A stretch of DNA of 38,614 nucleotides from NCBI GenBank assembly GCA_030066245.1, contig JASJBY010000026.1:1-38614 (forward strand), given 5' to 3'. Numbering within the stretch: position 1 is the first letter of the stretch; each line of letters begins with the position of its first letter. The notes under the pieces were generated by a model. That model was given only the letters and a program-made list of their open reading frames with translations. It was not told the DNA's origin and did not search any database. Source of the DNA: Gammaproteobacteria bacterium. GTDB lineage: Bacteria > Pseudomonadota > Gammaproteobacteria > JAABTG01. This document shows positions 17,108-25,377 of the stretch, piece after piece. The position numbers and the translations under genes are program-made.

Positions 17108-18499
17108 TCAGTCCGGTGAGCCCGTCTCCCACTTGTGGTATTTGGCCAGGTCTGCCTCCGTGACCCGGCTCAGGGCCTCCGGCGGCAGTATAGACAGCAG
17201 GTCCCAGGCGTTGTCCAGGGTTTCGATGATGCTTCGGTCCTCGTCCTCCCCCTGACCGACGAAGCGTTTCTCGAAGGCGTCGGCGAAGCTCAGATAACGG
17301 CGATCCCGCTCCGACAGCTCCTCGGCGCCGATGATGGAGGCCAGGTTGCGGGCCTCCAGCGCCCGGGTATAGCCGGCATAGAGCTGGCTGGCTACCCGCG
17401 GATGGTCTTCCCGGGTGTAGTCCTTGCCGACGCCGTCCTTCATGAGCCGCGACAGGGAAGGGGGCACGTGGACCGGCGGATAGACGCCCTGGTTGTGCAG
17501 ATCACGTCCCAGCACGATCTGCCCCTCCGTGATGTAGCCCGTGAGGTCAGGGATGGGGTGGGTGATGTCGTCGCTCGGCATGGAGAGCACGGGCATCATG
17601 GTGATGGAGCCGTGCCGGTCATGGATCCTGCCGGCCCGCTCGTAAATTTCGGCCAGGTCGGAATATAGGTATCCCGGATAGCCCTTGCGGGCCGGCACGT
17701 CGCCCTTGGCCGTCGCCACCTCGCGCAGCGCCTCGGCATAGTGGGTCATGTCGGTAATCACCACCAGCACATGCCGGTCCAGGTCGAAGGCCAGATACTC
17801 CGCGGCTGTCAGCGCGGTGCGCGGCAGTATCAGCCGCTCCATGGGCGGGTCGTCGGCCAGATTGACGAACATGACCACGTTGGAGAGCACGCCGCTGGAC
17901 TCGAACTCCTCTTCGAAGAAACGGGCGTCCGCATAAGAGACGCCCATGGCGGCAAAGACGATGGCGAAGTCGGCCTCCTCTCCGGGCAGCTTCGCCTGGC
18001 GGACGATCTGGGCGGCGAGTCGATTGTGGGGCAGGCCCGAGCCGGAAAAGATGGGGAGTTTCTGACCGCGCACCAGGGAATTCAGCCCGTCAATGGTGGA
18101 AATGCCGGTCTGAATGAACTCCCGCGGGTAGGAGCGCGATGCCGGGTTGACGGCGGAGCCGTTCACGTTGCGGGTCAGTCGCGAGACGATGGGCGGGCGG
18201 TCGTCTCTGGCTTCACCAACCCCGTTGAAGATGCGCCCCAGGATGTCGGGCGAAAGGGGCAGCTCGAAGGGCTGCTCTAGAAAGCGTACCCAGGTGCGTT
18301 GCAGATCCAGGTCATCCGTGCCCTCAAATACCTGCACCAGCACCACGTCCTGCGAGGTGCGGATGACCTGGCCGTTGCGCTTGCGCCCCTGGTGGTCGCG
18401 GACCACCACCCGATCGCCGAGGGCCACGTTGGGCACGCCGCGCATGAACAGCAGAGCGCCGCGGGCGGCCGACGCCATCCGGTACTCTTTCTCCTTCAT
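17108..18499 (-). CDS. atpB: V/A-type ATPase subunit B
   Basis: 463 aa, with characteristic B-subunit blocks (GQKLPIFSGSGLPHN, GYPGYLYSDLAEIYERAG, SMPSDDITHPIPDLTGYITEGQI). Confidence 0.95.
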   Translation of the reverse strand: MKEKEYRMASAARGALLFMRGVPNVALGDRVVVRDHQGRKRNGQVIRTSQDVVLVQVFEGTDDLDLQRTWVRFLEQPFELPLSPDILGRIFNGVGEARDDRPPIVSRLTRNVNGSAVNPASRSYPREFIQTGISTIDGLNSLVRGQKLPIFSGSGLPHNRLAAQIVRQAKLPGEEADFAIVFAAMGVSYADARFFEEEFESSGVLSNVVMFVNLADDPPMERLILPRTALTAAEYLAFDLDRHVLVVITDMTHYAEALREVATAKGDVPARKGYPGYLYSDLAEIYERAGRIHDRHGSITMMPVLSMPSDDITHPIPDLTGYITEGQIVLGRDLHNQGVYPPVHVPPSLSRLMKDGVGKDYTREDHPRVASQLYAGYTRALEARNLASIIGAEELSERDRRYLSFADAFEKRFVGQGEDEDRSIIETLDNAWDLLSILPPEALSRVTEADLAKYHKWETGSPD

Positions 18500-20277
18500 G
18501 CCGTCTTCTCCTCGGCCGCGCTGTACTCCATGCGTATGGGATCGAATGCCTCGCGGACTTCTCTATCGACGGCTTTCAGCTCATCCACACGATCACTGGG
18601 GTAAGCCGATTTGGCGCGGCGTACCGAGCCCATGACCGGCAGCCGTGAAATCTGCTCCACGGGGACGCCGAGCCGCAGCAGCTCCCGACCCTGTTCATAC
18701 ACTTTCAAGACCAGATCGAGCAGCGCGAACTGCTTCTCCGGCGAGCAGTAGCTGTCCACCGGGTCCAGTGCGCTCTGCTGCAGCACGCCTTCCTTGACCA
18801 GGGCGGCTCCTTCGAGCACCCAGCGCTGCTCCTGGGACAGCGCTTCCGGCCCCACCAGGTTCACGATGCGGCCCAGCTCGTCGGCGTGGGCCAGGAGGTT
18901 CAGAGCCTGGGTGCGGCGCTCGGCCCAGCTCGGATCGATCTGCTCGGCCCACCATCGCGCGGCAATGTCGACATAGCCCGAGAAGCTCTCGTCCCAACCG
19001 ACCGCCGGGTAGTGGCGGGCGTCGGCCAGCTCCTTGGAGAGGGCCCAGAAGGTGCGCACGATTTCCTTGGTGTGGCTGGTCACGGGTTCGGAAAAGTCGC
19101 CCCCGGGCGGGGAGACCGCGCCGATCAACGTGACGGAGCCTTGTTCACCGGCAAGCGTTTCGACCCGGCCGGCTCGCTCGTAAAAAGCTGCCAGGCGCGA
19201 CGCCAGGTAGGCCGGGTAACCTTCCTCCACCGGCATCTGGCCGAGCCGGCCGGCCACTTCCCGCAGGGCCTCGGCCCAGCGGCTGGTGGAGTCGGCGACC
19301 ATGACCACGTCGTAGCCCTGATCCCGGAAATACTCTGCCATGGTCACGCCCACATAGATGCTTGCCTCGCGCGCCACCACGGGCATGTTGGACGTATTCG
19401 CCACGAGCAGCGTGCGCTCCATCAGGGAACGGCCGGTGTAGGGGTCCGTGAGCTGCGGAAAGGTTTCCAGGATGTCCACCAGCTCGTTGCCTCGCTCGCC
19501 GCAGCCCACGTACAGGACGATGTCGGCGTTGGACCAGCGGGCGATCTGCTGCTGAACGACGGTCTTGCCGGCGCCGAAGGGGCCGGGCACCGCTGCCTTG
19601 CCGCCTTTGAGCAACGGGAAGAAGGTGTCGAGAATGCGTTGTCCTGTGAGCAGGGAGTCGGCCGCATGCACCCGCGCCCTGTATGGGCGTGCCCGGCGCA
19701 CCGGCCAGCGGTGATATAGGCGCAGCTTGTGGATATGACCCTGTGTATCCCGGACCCGGGCGATGACCTGGTCCACGGTGTACTCCCCCGCCGGTGCGTG
19801 CTCCACGAGCTCGCCTTTGATGCCCGGTGGGACCAGAATGCGCTGCCTGATGGTCGCCGTCTCCTGAACTTCGCCCAGCACTGCTCCGCCGCTGATGGCG
19901 TCTCCAGCACTCAGGTCACCCCTGGGCTCGAAGGGCCAGGAGCGGGCCCGATCCAGGGCGGGGACGGCCAGTCCGCGGGCAATGTGGTCGCCGCTCTGCT
20001 CCATGATGACAGGCAGAGGTCGCTGCACGCCGTCGAATATCTGACCCAGCAACCCGGGCCCAAGCTCCACGGACAGGGGGTGTCCTAACGCCTCGGCAGT
20101 TTCTCCCGGCTTCACCGATTCCGTAGACTCGTAGACCTGCACCACGGCGCGCTCGCCGTCCAGACCGATGACCTCACCGAGCAGTCCGATGGCGCCTATG
20201 CGCACTTGCTCGCCGTTTCTTACCGCCGGCAGCTGGACTGTCACGATCGGTCCGTTGATTTCGATGATCTCACCCAT
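18496..20277 (-). CDS. atpA: V/A-type ATPase catalytic subunit A
   Basis: 593 aa. Walker A GPFGAGKTV, plus ALREVAGRLGQMPVEEGYPAYL and similar blocks. It overlaps the atpB start by 4 nt. Confidence 0.95.
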   Translation of the reverse strand: MGEIIEINGPIVTVQLPAVRNGEQVRIGAIGLLGEVIGLDGERAVVQVYESTESVKPGETAEALGHPLSVELGPGLLGQIFDGVQRPLPVIMEQSGDHIARGLAVPALDRARSWPFEPRGDLSAGDAISGGAVLGEVQETATIRQRILVPPGIKGELVEHAPAGEYTVDQVIARVRDTQGHIHKLRLYHRWPVRRARPYRARVHAADSLLTGQRILDTFFPLLKGGKAAVPGPFGAGKTVVQQQIARWSNADIVLYVGCGERGNELVDILETFPQLTDPYTGRSLMERTLLVANTSNMPVVAREASIYVGVTMAEYFRDQGYDVVMVADSTSRWAEALREVAGRLGQMPVEEGYPAYLASRLAAFYERAGRVETLAGEQGSVTLIGAVSPPGGDFSEPVTSHTKEIVRTFWALSKELADARHYPAVGWDESFSGYVDIAARWWAEQIDPSWAERRTQALNLLAHADELGRIVNLVGPEALSQEQRWVLEGAALVKEGVLQQSALDPVDSYCSPEKQFALLDLVLKVYEQGRELLRLGVPVEQISRLPVMGSVRRAKSAYPSDRVDELKAVDREVREAFDPIRMEYSAAEEKTA

Positions 20278-20331
20278 GGGATAACAACTCTGTATGGCGT
20301 TCTCGAAGCGGTGGTGTCCATGTGCCGCGGG

Positions 20332-20955
20332 CTAGGCGCTGGGGAACAGGCGCTCCAGGATTACCCGATGCAGCTCGAACTCCATGCGCGCCGCTCGGCC
20401 CTCGAAAGTGTTGTCGACGCTGATGCGGTTGTCCTCACTGCGCAGCAAGACGCCCCCGGAGCAGGGGCAGACTTCCTCCGAGAGCCGCACCTGCTTATCG
20501 GACACCGCCTCCCGGGCGATGGCTTCCCAGTCCTCGGCGAGGCGCCGGTGATCGGCGTCGCTGACCAGGGCAACCAGCTCTTCACGCTCGATGCTGGCCG
20601 CAGCCTCGGCGAGGAGGCGCTTCAACATGGGCAGGTAAGTGGTCTGGTCGGCGCTGAGCTGCGTAAGGCGGAGCTGGATGTTGTCGAGCACCGACCGCAC
20701 CAGGTTCCAACGCAGCCGGTCCAAATCCGCCTGCATGCGAATCTCGCTGGCCTGGACCTTGCGCCGGAACTCGCGTTCTGCCCTGGCCTTGGCCGCCAGG
20801 ATCTCTTTCTCTTCCAGCAATCTCAGCCGTTCGGCCGAGTCGTCCATGATCCGCTCGCGCGCGCGGGCGGCCTGTTCGACATGCTCGTCGGCGAGATTGC
20901 GGGCGCGGTCCAGGATCGCGCTCTCCAGGGCGGCCACCTGGTCGTCGGCACTCAT
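20332..20955 (-). CDS. atpE: V/A-type ATPase subunit E (peripheral stalk)
   Basis: 207 aa. A long charged N-terminal helix and a globular C-terminus (GGVLLRSEDNRISVDNTFEGR) are typical of subunit E. Confidence 0.8.
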   Translation of the reverse strand: MSADDQVAALESAILDRARNLADEHVEQAARARERIMDDSAERLRLLEEKEILAAKARAEREFRRKVQASEIRMQADLDRLRWNLVRSVLDNIQLRLTQLSADQTTYLPMLKRLLAEAAASIEREELVALVSDADHRRLAEDWEAIAREAVSDKQVRLSEEVCPCSGGVLLRSEDNRISVDNTFEGRAARMEFELHRVILERLFPSA

Positions 20956-21272
20956 GCCTTCTCCTCCAGGGCCGCCGGTCCAAGGACCCGGGTCACCAGT
21001 GCCTCCACCGGCGGATGATAGTTCTCGGGGGCGTGCAGCGGCGGGACCTCGCTGATGATGATGTCACCGCCCTCGCTTCGCAGCCGCTCGAGATTCGGCC
21101 CCCCGGCGCGGCTGATGCCGTGCTCGAGGTAAATAATGGCCTTCTCTTTTCTGCGCAGCAGGTCGGCGATGACGCGCTCCACGTCATCCGGCGTCGCATC
21201 GGCATGAGTCTCGCAGCCCAGAAGGGCAAAGCCGTCGATCAAGGCCTGCCCGCCCATGGCGATAATGCGCAT
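20952..21272 (-). CDS. atpF: V/A-type ATPase subunit F
   Basis: 106 aa. The N-terminus MRIIAMGGQALIDGFALLGCE is typical of V-type F. It is coupled by overlap to atpE. Confidence 0.8.
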   Translation of the reverse strand: MRIIAMGGQALIDGFALLGCETHADATPDDVERVIADLLRRKEKAIIYLEHGISRAGGPNLERLRSEGGDIIISEVPPLHAPENYHPPVEALVTRVLGPAALEEKA

Positions 21273-21718
21273 CAGATTCTCCCGAGCAGCAGAATCGTCA
21301 CCACCAGACCGTAGATGGCGATACCCTCGGCGAGACCGAGATAGACGAGAGTGCGGCCGAAGATTTCCGGCTTCTCCGCAATCACCGCCAGGGAGGCCGC
21401 ACCTACCGGGCCGACGGCGATGCCGGCGCCGACCGTGGCCAGTGCCGTCGGGATGCCGATGCCGATGATCGCCAGCCCCATGCCCACTGAGATCTCACCG
21501 GCCGCCTCGGTCGCCGCCGGCTCCGCCATGACGTCCTGGATACCCAGGGCGACCAGGCCCACCTGGGCCCCCACGAAGGTAAGCAGATTGATGCCGACGC
21601 CCCCCTTCAGCCAGCGGTCGGCCGGGCTGCCGGCTGGCAAGGGTCGAAACTCGAAGTAGATGCCGGCGGCAATGATGCCAAGCAGGCTGATGGTCATGAG
21701 TGCGAGTAACCAGTACAT
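21272..21718 (-). CDS. atpK: V/A-type ATPase proteolipid subunit K (c), with N-terminal extension
   Basis: The C-terminal hairpin GAGIAVGPVGAASLAVIAEKPEIFGRTLVYLGLAEGIAIYGLV contains the conserved Glu. Start chosen at the ATG at 21718 (MYWLL), behind AAGGAG. An internal ATG (MAEPAATE) is an alternative start. Confidence 0.8.
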   Translation of the reverse strand: MYWLLALMTISLLGIIAAGIYFEFRPLPAGSPADRWLKGGVGINLLTFVGAQVGLVALGIQDVMAEPAATEAAGEISVGMGLAIIGIGIPTALATVGAGIAVGPVGAASLAVIAEKPEIFGRTLVYLGLAEGIAIYGLVVTILLLGRI

Positions 21719-21851
21719 GGCAGGCTCCTTCTGGTCGTTGTCTTGAATGCTTGCGCAGTTGTTCCCATCCATCTGAGCGCCCGGTGCCCACTGGTCGTGG
21801 CATGCCACAAAGCCTTTGGCCACCCTGCGCGGTGGGCAGGTTCACGAGCGC

Positions 21852-23735
21852 TCAGGTGCCCGGTACCTGCATGCGCAGCGGCCGGAATTCCCGCCCGTCG
21901 CCGCGGAAAAATCTGGAGAAGCCTTCGTAGTACTCCAGGCGCAGACACTGGATGGTCACAATGGCCCCCTCCAGGCCGATAATGAACACATTGCCGAGCA
22001 CCACGGTGATCCAATGGCCCGCGACACCCATCATGTCGGCCAGGGTAAATACCGCAATGGCCAGGGCCACATGGTTGAGGCTGAAGGCGGCCACCCGCAG
22101 GAACGAGAGGGTGTTCGCCAGGTAGTTCATGATGGACTCGAAGCCTTCCACGGCCACGACCAGGAGCTTCTCGCCCAACGGACTGTCGTGCTCGTGCCAT
22201 TTGTAGGCCAGGATCACTGACAGCGGGACGAGTATCGCCGCCGCTTCCAGCACACCGAACACGCCGTCCTGCATCCAGCGGAAGCCGCCGAAGAGCCCGC
22301 CAGCATAGAGAAGCGTGCCCGCCACCCCCTTGTTGTCGAGCAGTGCCTCCCGGATCCGGCCCTCGTCCACCAGATTACGTATGGTCAGAGCATTCATGAG
22401 CAGGATGAAGCCTATGCCCCAGTACAGGGCCAGCTCCAGCATGAGCAGCGGATCCGACAGGGGCGACATCCAGATGGGATGAATGATGTGCTCGTAGCCG
22501 AACAGGCTGCCGTAGACAAAGCCGAAACCCACTGAGGAGAGGCCGGCGGCGACCACGAACGGCACCACTGCCGGAAAGCGTCGGCGCACGGCCAGGCCGG
22601 CCAGCACGATCACGGCGCCGTGTCCCACGTCACCGAACATCATGCCGAACATGACCACGAAGGTGATGGCGAAAAGAATGGTGGGATCGATCTCGCCGTA
22701 GCGGGGAACGCCGTAGTTCCTGACCAAGGCGGCGAAAGGTCGCAGCCAGCGCAAGTGGCGCATCACAGTGGGCACACGAGCGCGCTCGTCGGCTTTCGGC
22801 TCGCGAGTCCGCAGCACGAAAGGCCGTTCCAGGGCCGCCGCCAGGGACTGCTGCAGTGGTTCGGCCTGGTCGGCGGGAATCCAGCCTTCCACCATGGTCA
22901 GCCCGCCGCGCGCCCGAAGCTGGGTCGCGAGAGCGGCGTAGGGCGCCGCCCAGGTCAGGATGTGGCAGGCGTCGCCAAGCTCCTCCCGATGCCCTTCGAT
23001 GAGAGCATCCAGAGCGGCCTCCCTCTCCAGGATGAGGCGCTCCAGCTCCGCTGCCTTGGACGTGAGGTCGAGCTTGATCTTCTCGGGATGGTCGTGGAAC
23101 TCAGACGGGATCTTCACGGGCTGAAAGTCGGCTGCCCGCAGCAGCGCCTGGATATCTTCCTGCACGTTAGTGGGGCCCGCCACCACCACGTAATGGGTGT
23201 CACCCACCGAGTAGACGGGTTGCACGAAATGCTCGGCGAGCGCGGCCGCACGTTCCAGCTGACGCAGATTTGCGGTGCGTACCGTACCCAGGCGCAGGGA
23301 GAGAAAGGCACCCGGCTGCTGGAACAGGCTCAGGTCGATGTCCAGGGCCGAAAAGCGCTTCAGGCTCTCCCACAGCTGTTGCACTGAGTTGCTTTGTTCC
23401 AGCAGTGCCCGGTGATCTTCTTCCATAACCGAGAACTGGCGCCAGATTTCCCCCAGGCGGACGTCCAGGTTGTCCAGCTCCGCCAAGTCCACCAGCCGCT
23501 GGCGGCCCTGGTCGAGGGGACAGGCCGTGTTCGCCTGAATCTTGCGCAGGCGCGTGCGGGCGCGCTGATAAATCTGCCGGTAGCGCTCGGCGGGAAACTC
23601 CGTCAGCTGGTTCTCGGGAAGCTCGGCAGCCTCGGGATTGAAGACACCCAGGCGGGCGAGCGCCGTGGCAGCGCGGGGCGCGTCCTCCCGCAGGACGTGC
23701 AGGCTTACTCTCTGCATGGGCACGGGGCGAAACAT
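21852..23735 (-). CDS. atpI: V/A-type ATPase subunit I (a)
   Basis: 627 aa. Soluble N-terminal half and a multi-TM C-terminal half containing LSFLRVAAFSLNH, which includes the conserved Arg region. Confidence 0.9.
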   Translation of the reverse strand: MFRPVPMQRVSLHVLREDAPRAATALARLGVFNPEAAELPENQLTEFPAERYRQIYQRARTRLRKIQANTACPLDQGRQRLVDLAELDNLDVRLGEIWRQFSVMEEDHRALLEQSNSVQQLWESLKRFSALDIDLSLFQQPGAFLSLRLGTVRTANLRQLERAAALAEHFVQPVYSVGDTHYVVVAGPTNVQEDIQALLRAADFQPVKIPSEFHDHPEKIKLDLTSKAAELERLILEREAALDALIEGHREELGDACHILTWAAPYAALATQLRARGGLTMVEGWIPADQAEPLQQSLAAALERPFVLRTREPKADERARVPTVMRHLRWLRPFAALVRNYGVPRYGEIDPTILFAITFVVMFGMMFGDVGHGAVIVLAGLAVRRRFPAVVPFVVAAGLSSVGFGFVYGSLFGYEHIIHPIWMSPLSDPLLMLELALYWGIGFILLMNALTIRNLVDEGRIREALLDNKGVAGTLLYAGGLFGGFRWMQDGVFGVLEAAAILVPLSVILAYKWHEHDSPLGEKLLVVAVEGFESIMNYLANTLSFLRVAAFSLNHVALAIAVFTLADMMGVAGHWITVVLGNVFIIGLEGAIVTIQCLRLEYYEGFSRFFRGDGREFRPLRMQVPGT

Positions 23736-24766
23736 TACGGCTGCTCCTCCATGGCCGCCGCAAAGCGGATCAGAGCGGGATCGAAACCCAGTCGCTTACC
23801 CTTGACGATTGCGATGATCTGGCGCATCTCCATTTCCCGCAGGAGAATGTACGCAAATGCCCGGGCAATCACATGCCGGTAATCCTGCAGAAACTGCATC
23901 GCCACTTTGCGGGCCTGAATTTCCAGGAGGTTCTCGACAATGGTAATGCTGGTGGCTCCGGCGAGAGTGTGCTTGAGGCGCGTCGGCAGCGCTTCCAGCA
24001 CCTCTTCCAGAGATCCCAGCTGACAGAGGCTCTCCAGACTTTGGGCGGAAAGTCGGTGGCCGGCCGGAATGAGCAGGTAATAGGTCTCGGCGGGTGAGAG
24101 CTCGTAGGAAAAGCGGTAGCGCAGCAGCCACACCAGGTTGAAGCGGTCCAGGGTGCAGCCGCTCAAGTAGAGAACCGCCATTCGCTGGTCCTCGCCGACG
24201 GCCCGCGCCCGCTTCTGCAGGTCCACGAAGAAGCGCCGGTCTATGGCGAGCTCCACTGAGAACAAATCCTTGTGCTCGTCATAGGCGCGGCGTGCCTGGC
24301 GGGCCAGGTCGGCATAGGGCGTATCCTCCAGGCGGCGCAGCATCTCTGCCGGATCCTCGGTGTGCAGCAGCTCCTCGGTAGGCAGGGTGTTGAAGGGCGC
24401 GATGTCCAGCAGCTGCTGCCGGATGTCCTGGTCGTCCAGTCCGGAGAGCTTGCCGCGTATGACCACCTTGAGATTCGCCAGCTCGAACCAGCGCAGGCTG
24501 TAGACCAGGAAATCGCGTTCGGAGCCGGTCAGGGGCCGTGTGACGACCAGGACGTCCTGGAGCAGCTTACTGAGGAGCGCCTGCTCGATACTCACCGCTC
24601 CAGGCCCCAAATCGTCGAGCTGCACGCCTAGCTGCAGCACGTCCGTCTGAGCCGCGCCTTCCTCGGCGGGCTGGGTGATCCAGGACTCGAGGCTGCTTCG
24701 GGGCAACAGGCGATCGGCCAGCATTGAGATTCGGGCGTTCAGGTAAGGGGGATAGACCGCGCGCAT
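23735..24766 (-). CDS. atpC: V/A-type ATPase subunit C (d)
   Basis: 343 aa, helical. Its position and size in the operon fit subunit C. The C-terminal segment AYILLREMEMRQIIAIVKGK is typical of V-type C/d subunits. Confidence 0.8.
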   Translation of the reverse strand: MRAVYPPYLNARISMLADRLLPRSSLESWITQPAEEGAAQTDVLQLGVQLDDLGPGAVSIEQALLSKLLQDVLVVTRPLTGSERDFLVYSLRWFELANLKVVIRGKLSGLDDQDIRQQLLDIAPFNTLPTEELLHTEDPAEMLRRLEDTPYADLARQARRAYDEHKDLFSVELAIDRRFFVDLQKRARAVGEDQRMAVLYLSGCTLDRFNLVWLLRYRFSYELSPAETYYLLIPAGHRLSAQSLESLCQLGSLEEVLEALPTRLKHTLAGATSITIVENLLEIQARKVAMQFLQDYRHVIARAFAYILLREMEMRQIIAIVKGKRLGFDPALIRFAAAMEEQP

Positions 24767-24802
24767 GTTGCTAGGCCGATAGGTGCACCGGGCCGACGGG
24801 CC

Positions 24803-25129
24803 TTACGGCGTCTCGGCGCCGTCCAGCAGTCGTTGGAGGGCCGCTTCGATGGCCTCCTGCTCGCGTGCTTCCGCCATGGCGCGCAGCGCTTTGTTGCGTT
24901 CGTCGTAGCGGCGCTGCAGTTCGTGGATGGTCTGCTCCGCGCGCGCTTCAGCCTTCTCCAGGAAAGACGCATGCAGCTCCGGAACCCGGTCGGCGAAGCG
25001 CTGCTCCGCGTGCCTGGCTTCGTCCAGCGCCTTGCGGGTCACTTCCTCGCGCTTCAGCTTTGCTTCCTGCACCATCTGCTCTGCCCGGGATTCCGCTTCA
25101 ATAAGCCGCTTGAGGGTATCGTCCATCAA
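24803..25129 (-). CDS. V/A-type ATPase small coiled-coil stalk subunit (G/H-like)
   Basis: 108 aa, highly charged and all-helical (LKRLIEAESRAEQMVQEAKLKREE). It is the first gene of the operon. Confidence 0.6.
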   Translation of the reverse strand: MMDDTLKRLIEAESRAEQMVQEAKLKREEVTRKALDEARHAEQRFADRVPELHASFLEKAEARAEQTIHELQRRYDERNKALRAMAEAREQEAIEAALQRLLDGAETP

Positions 25130-25216
25130 CGCCTCCTAATGTATGCGCGCAATTCTCGCTCCCCGCACGCGCGGCGCGCAAGGGCGCATCCGTGATCGGT
25201 TAAGCATTAGCTGTGG

Positions 25217-25325
25217 GGGCCGTACCGGCACGAGCCGCCGGGACACGCCGTGAATACCTCCCTGTAGGCTCGACGGCCGCTATCCCTGCGGCCGACGGTC
25301 CCGGCCACTCATGCCGGTACGGCCC
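25217..25325. repeat. nested inverted repeats (structured intergenic element)
   Basis: Outer arms of 14 bp are perfect: GGGCCGTACCGGCA at 25217-25230 and TGCCGGTACGGCCC at 25312-25325. A middle 8-bp pair is GCCGGGAC/GTCCCGGC. An inner 10-bp hairpin with one mismatch lies at 25271-25297. Confidence 0.6.
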
Positions 25326-25377
25326 TAACCGAACACCAATGCGTCGCACCGTGGGAGGAGGCTTTCTTTTCGTACAC

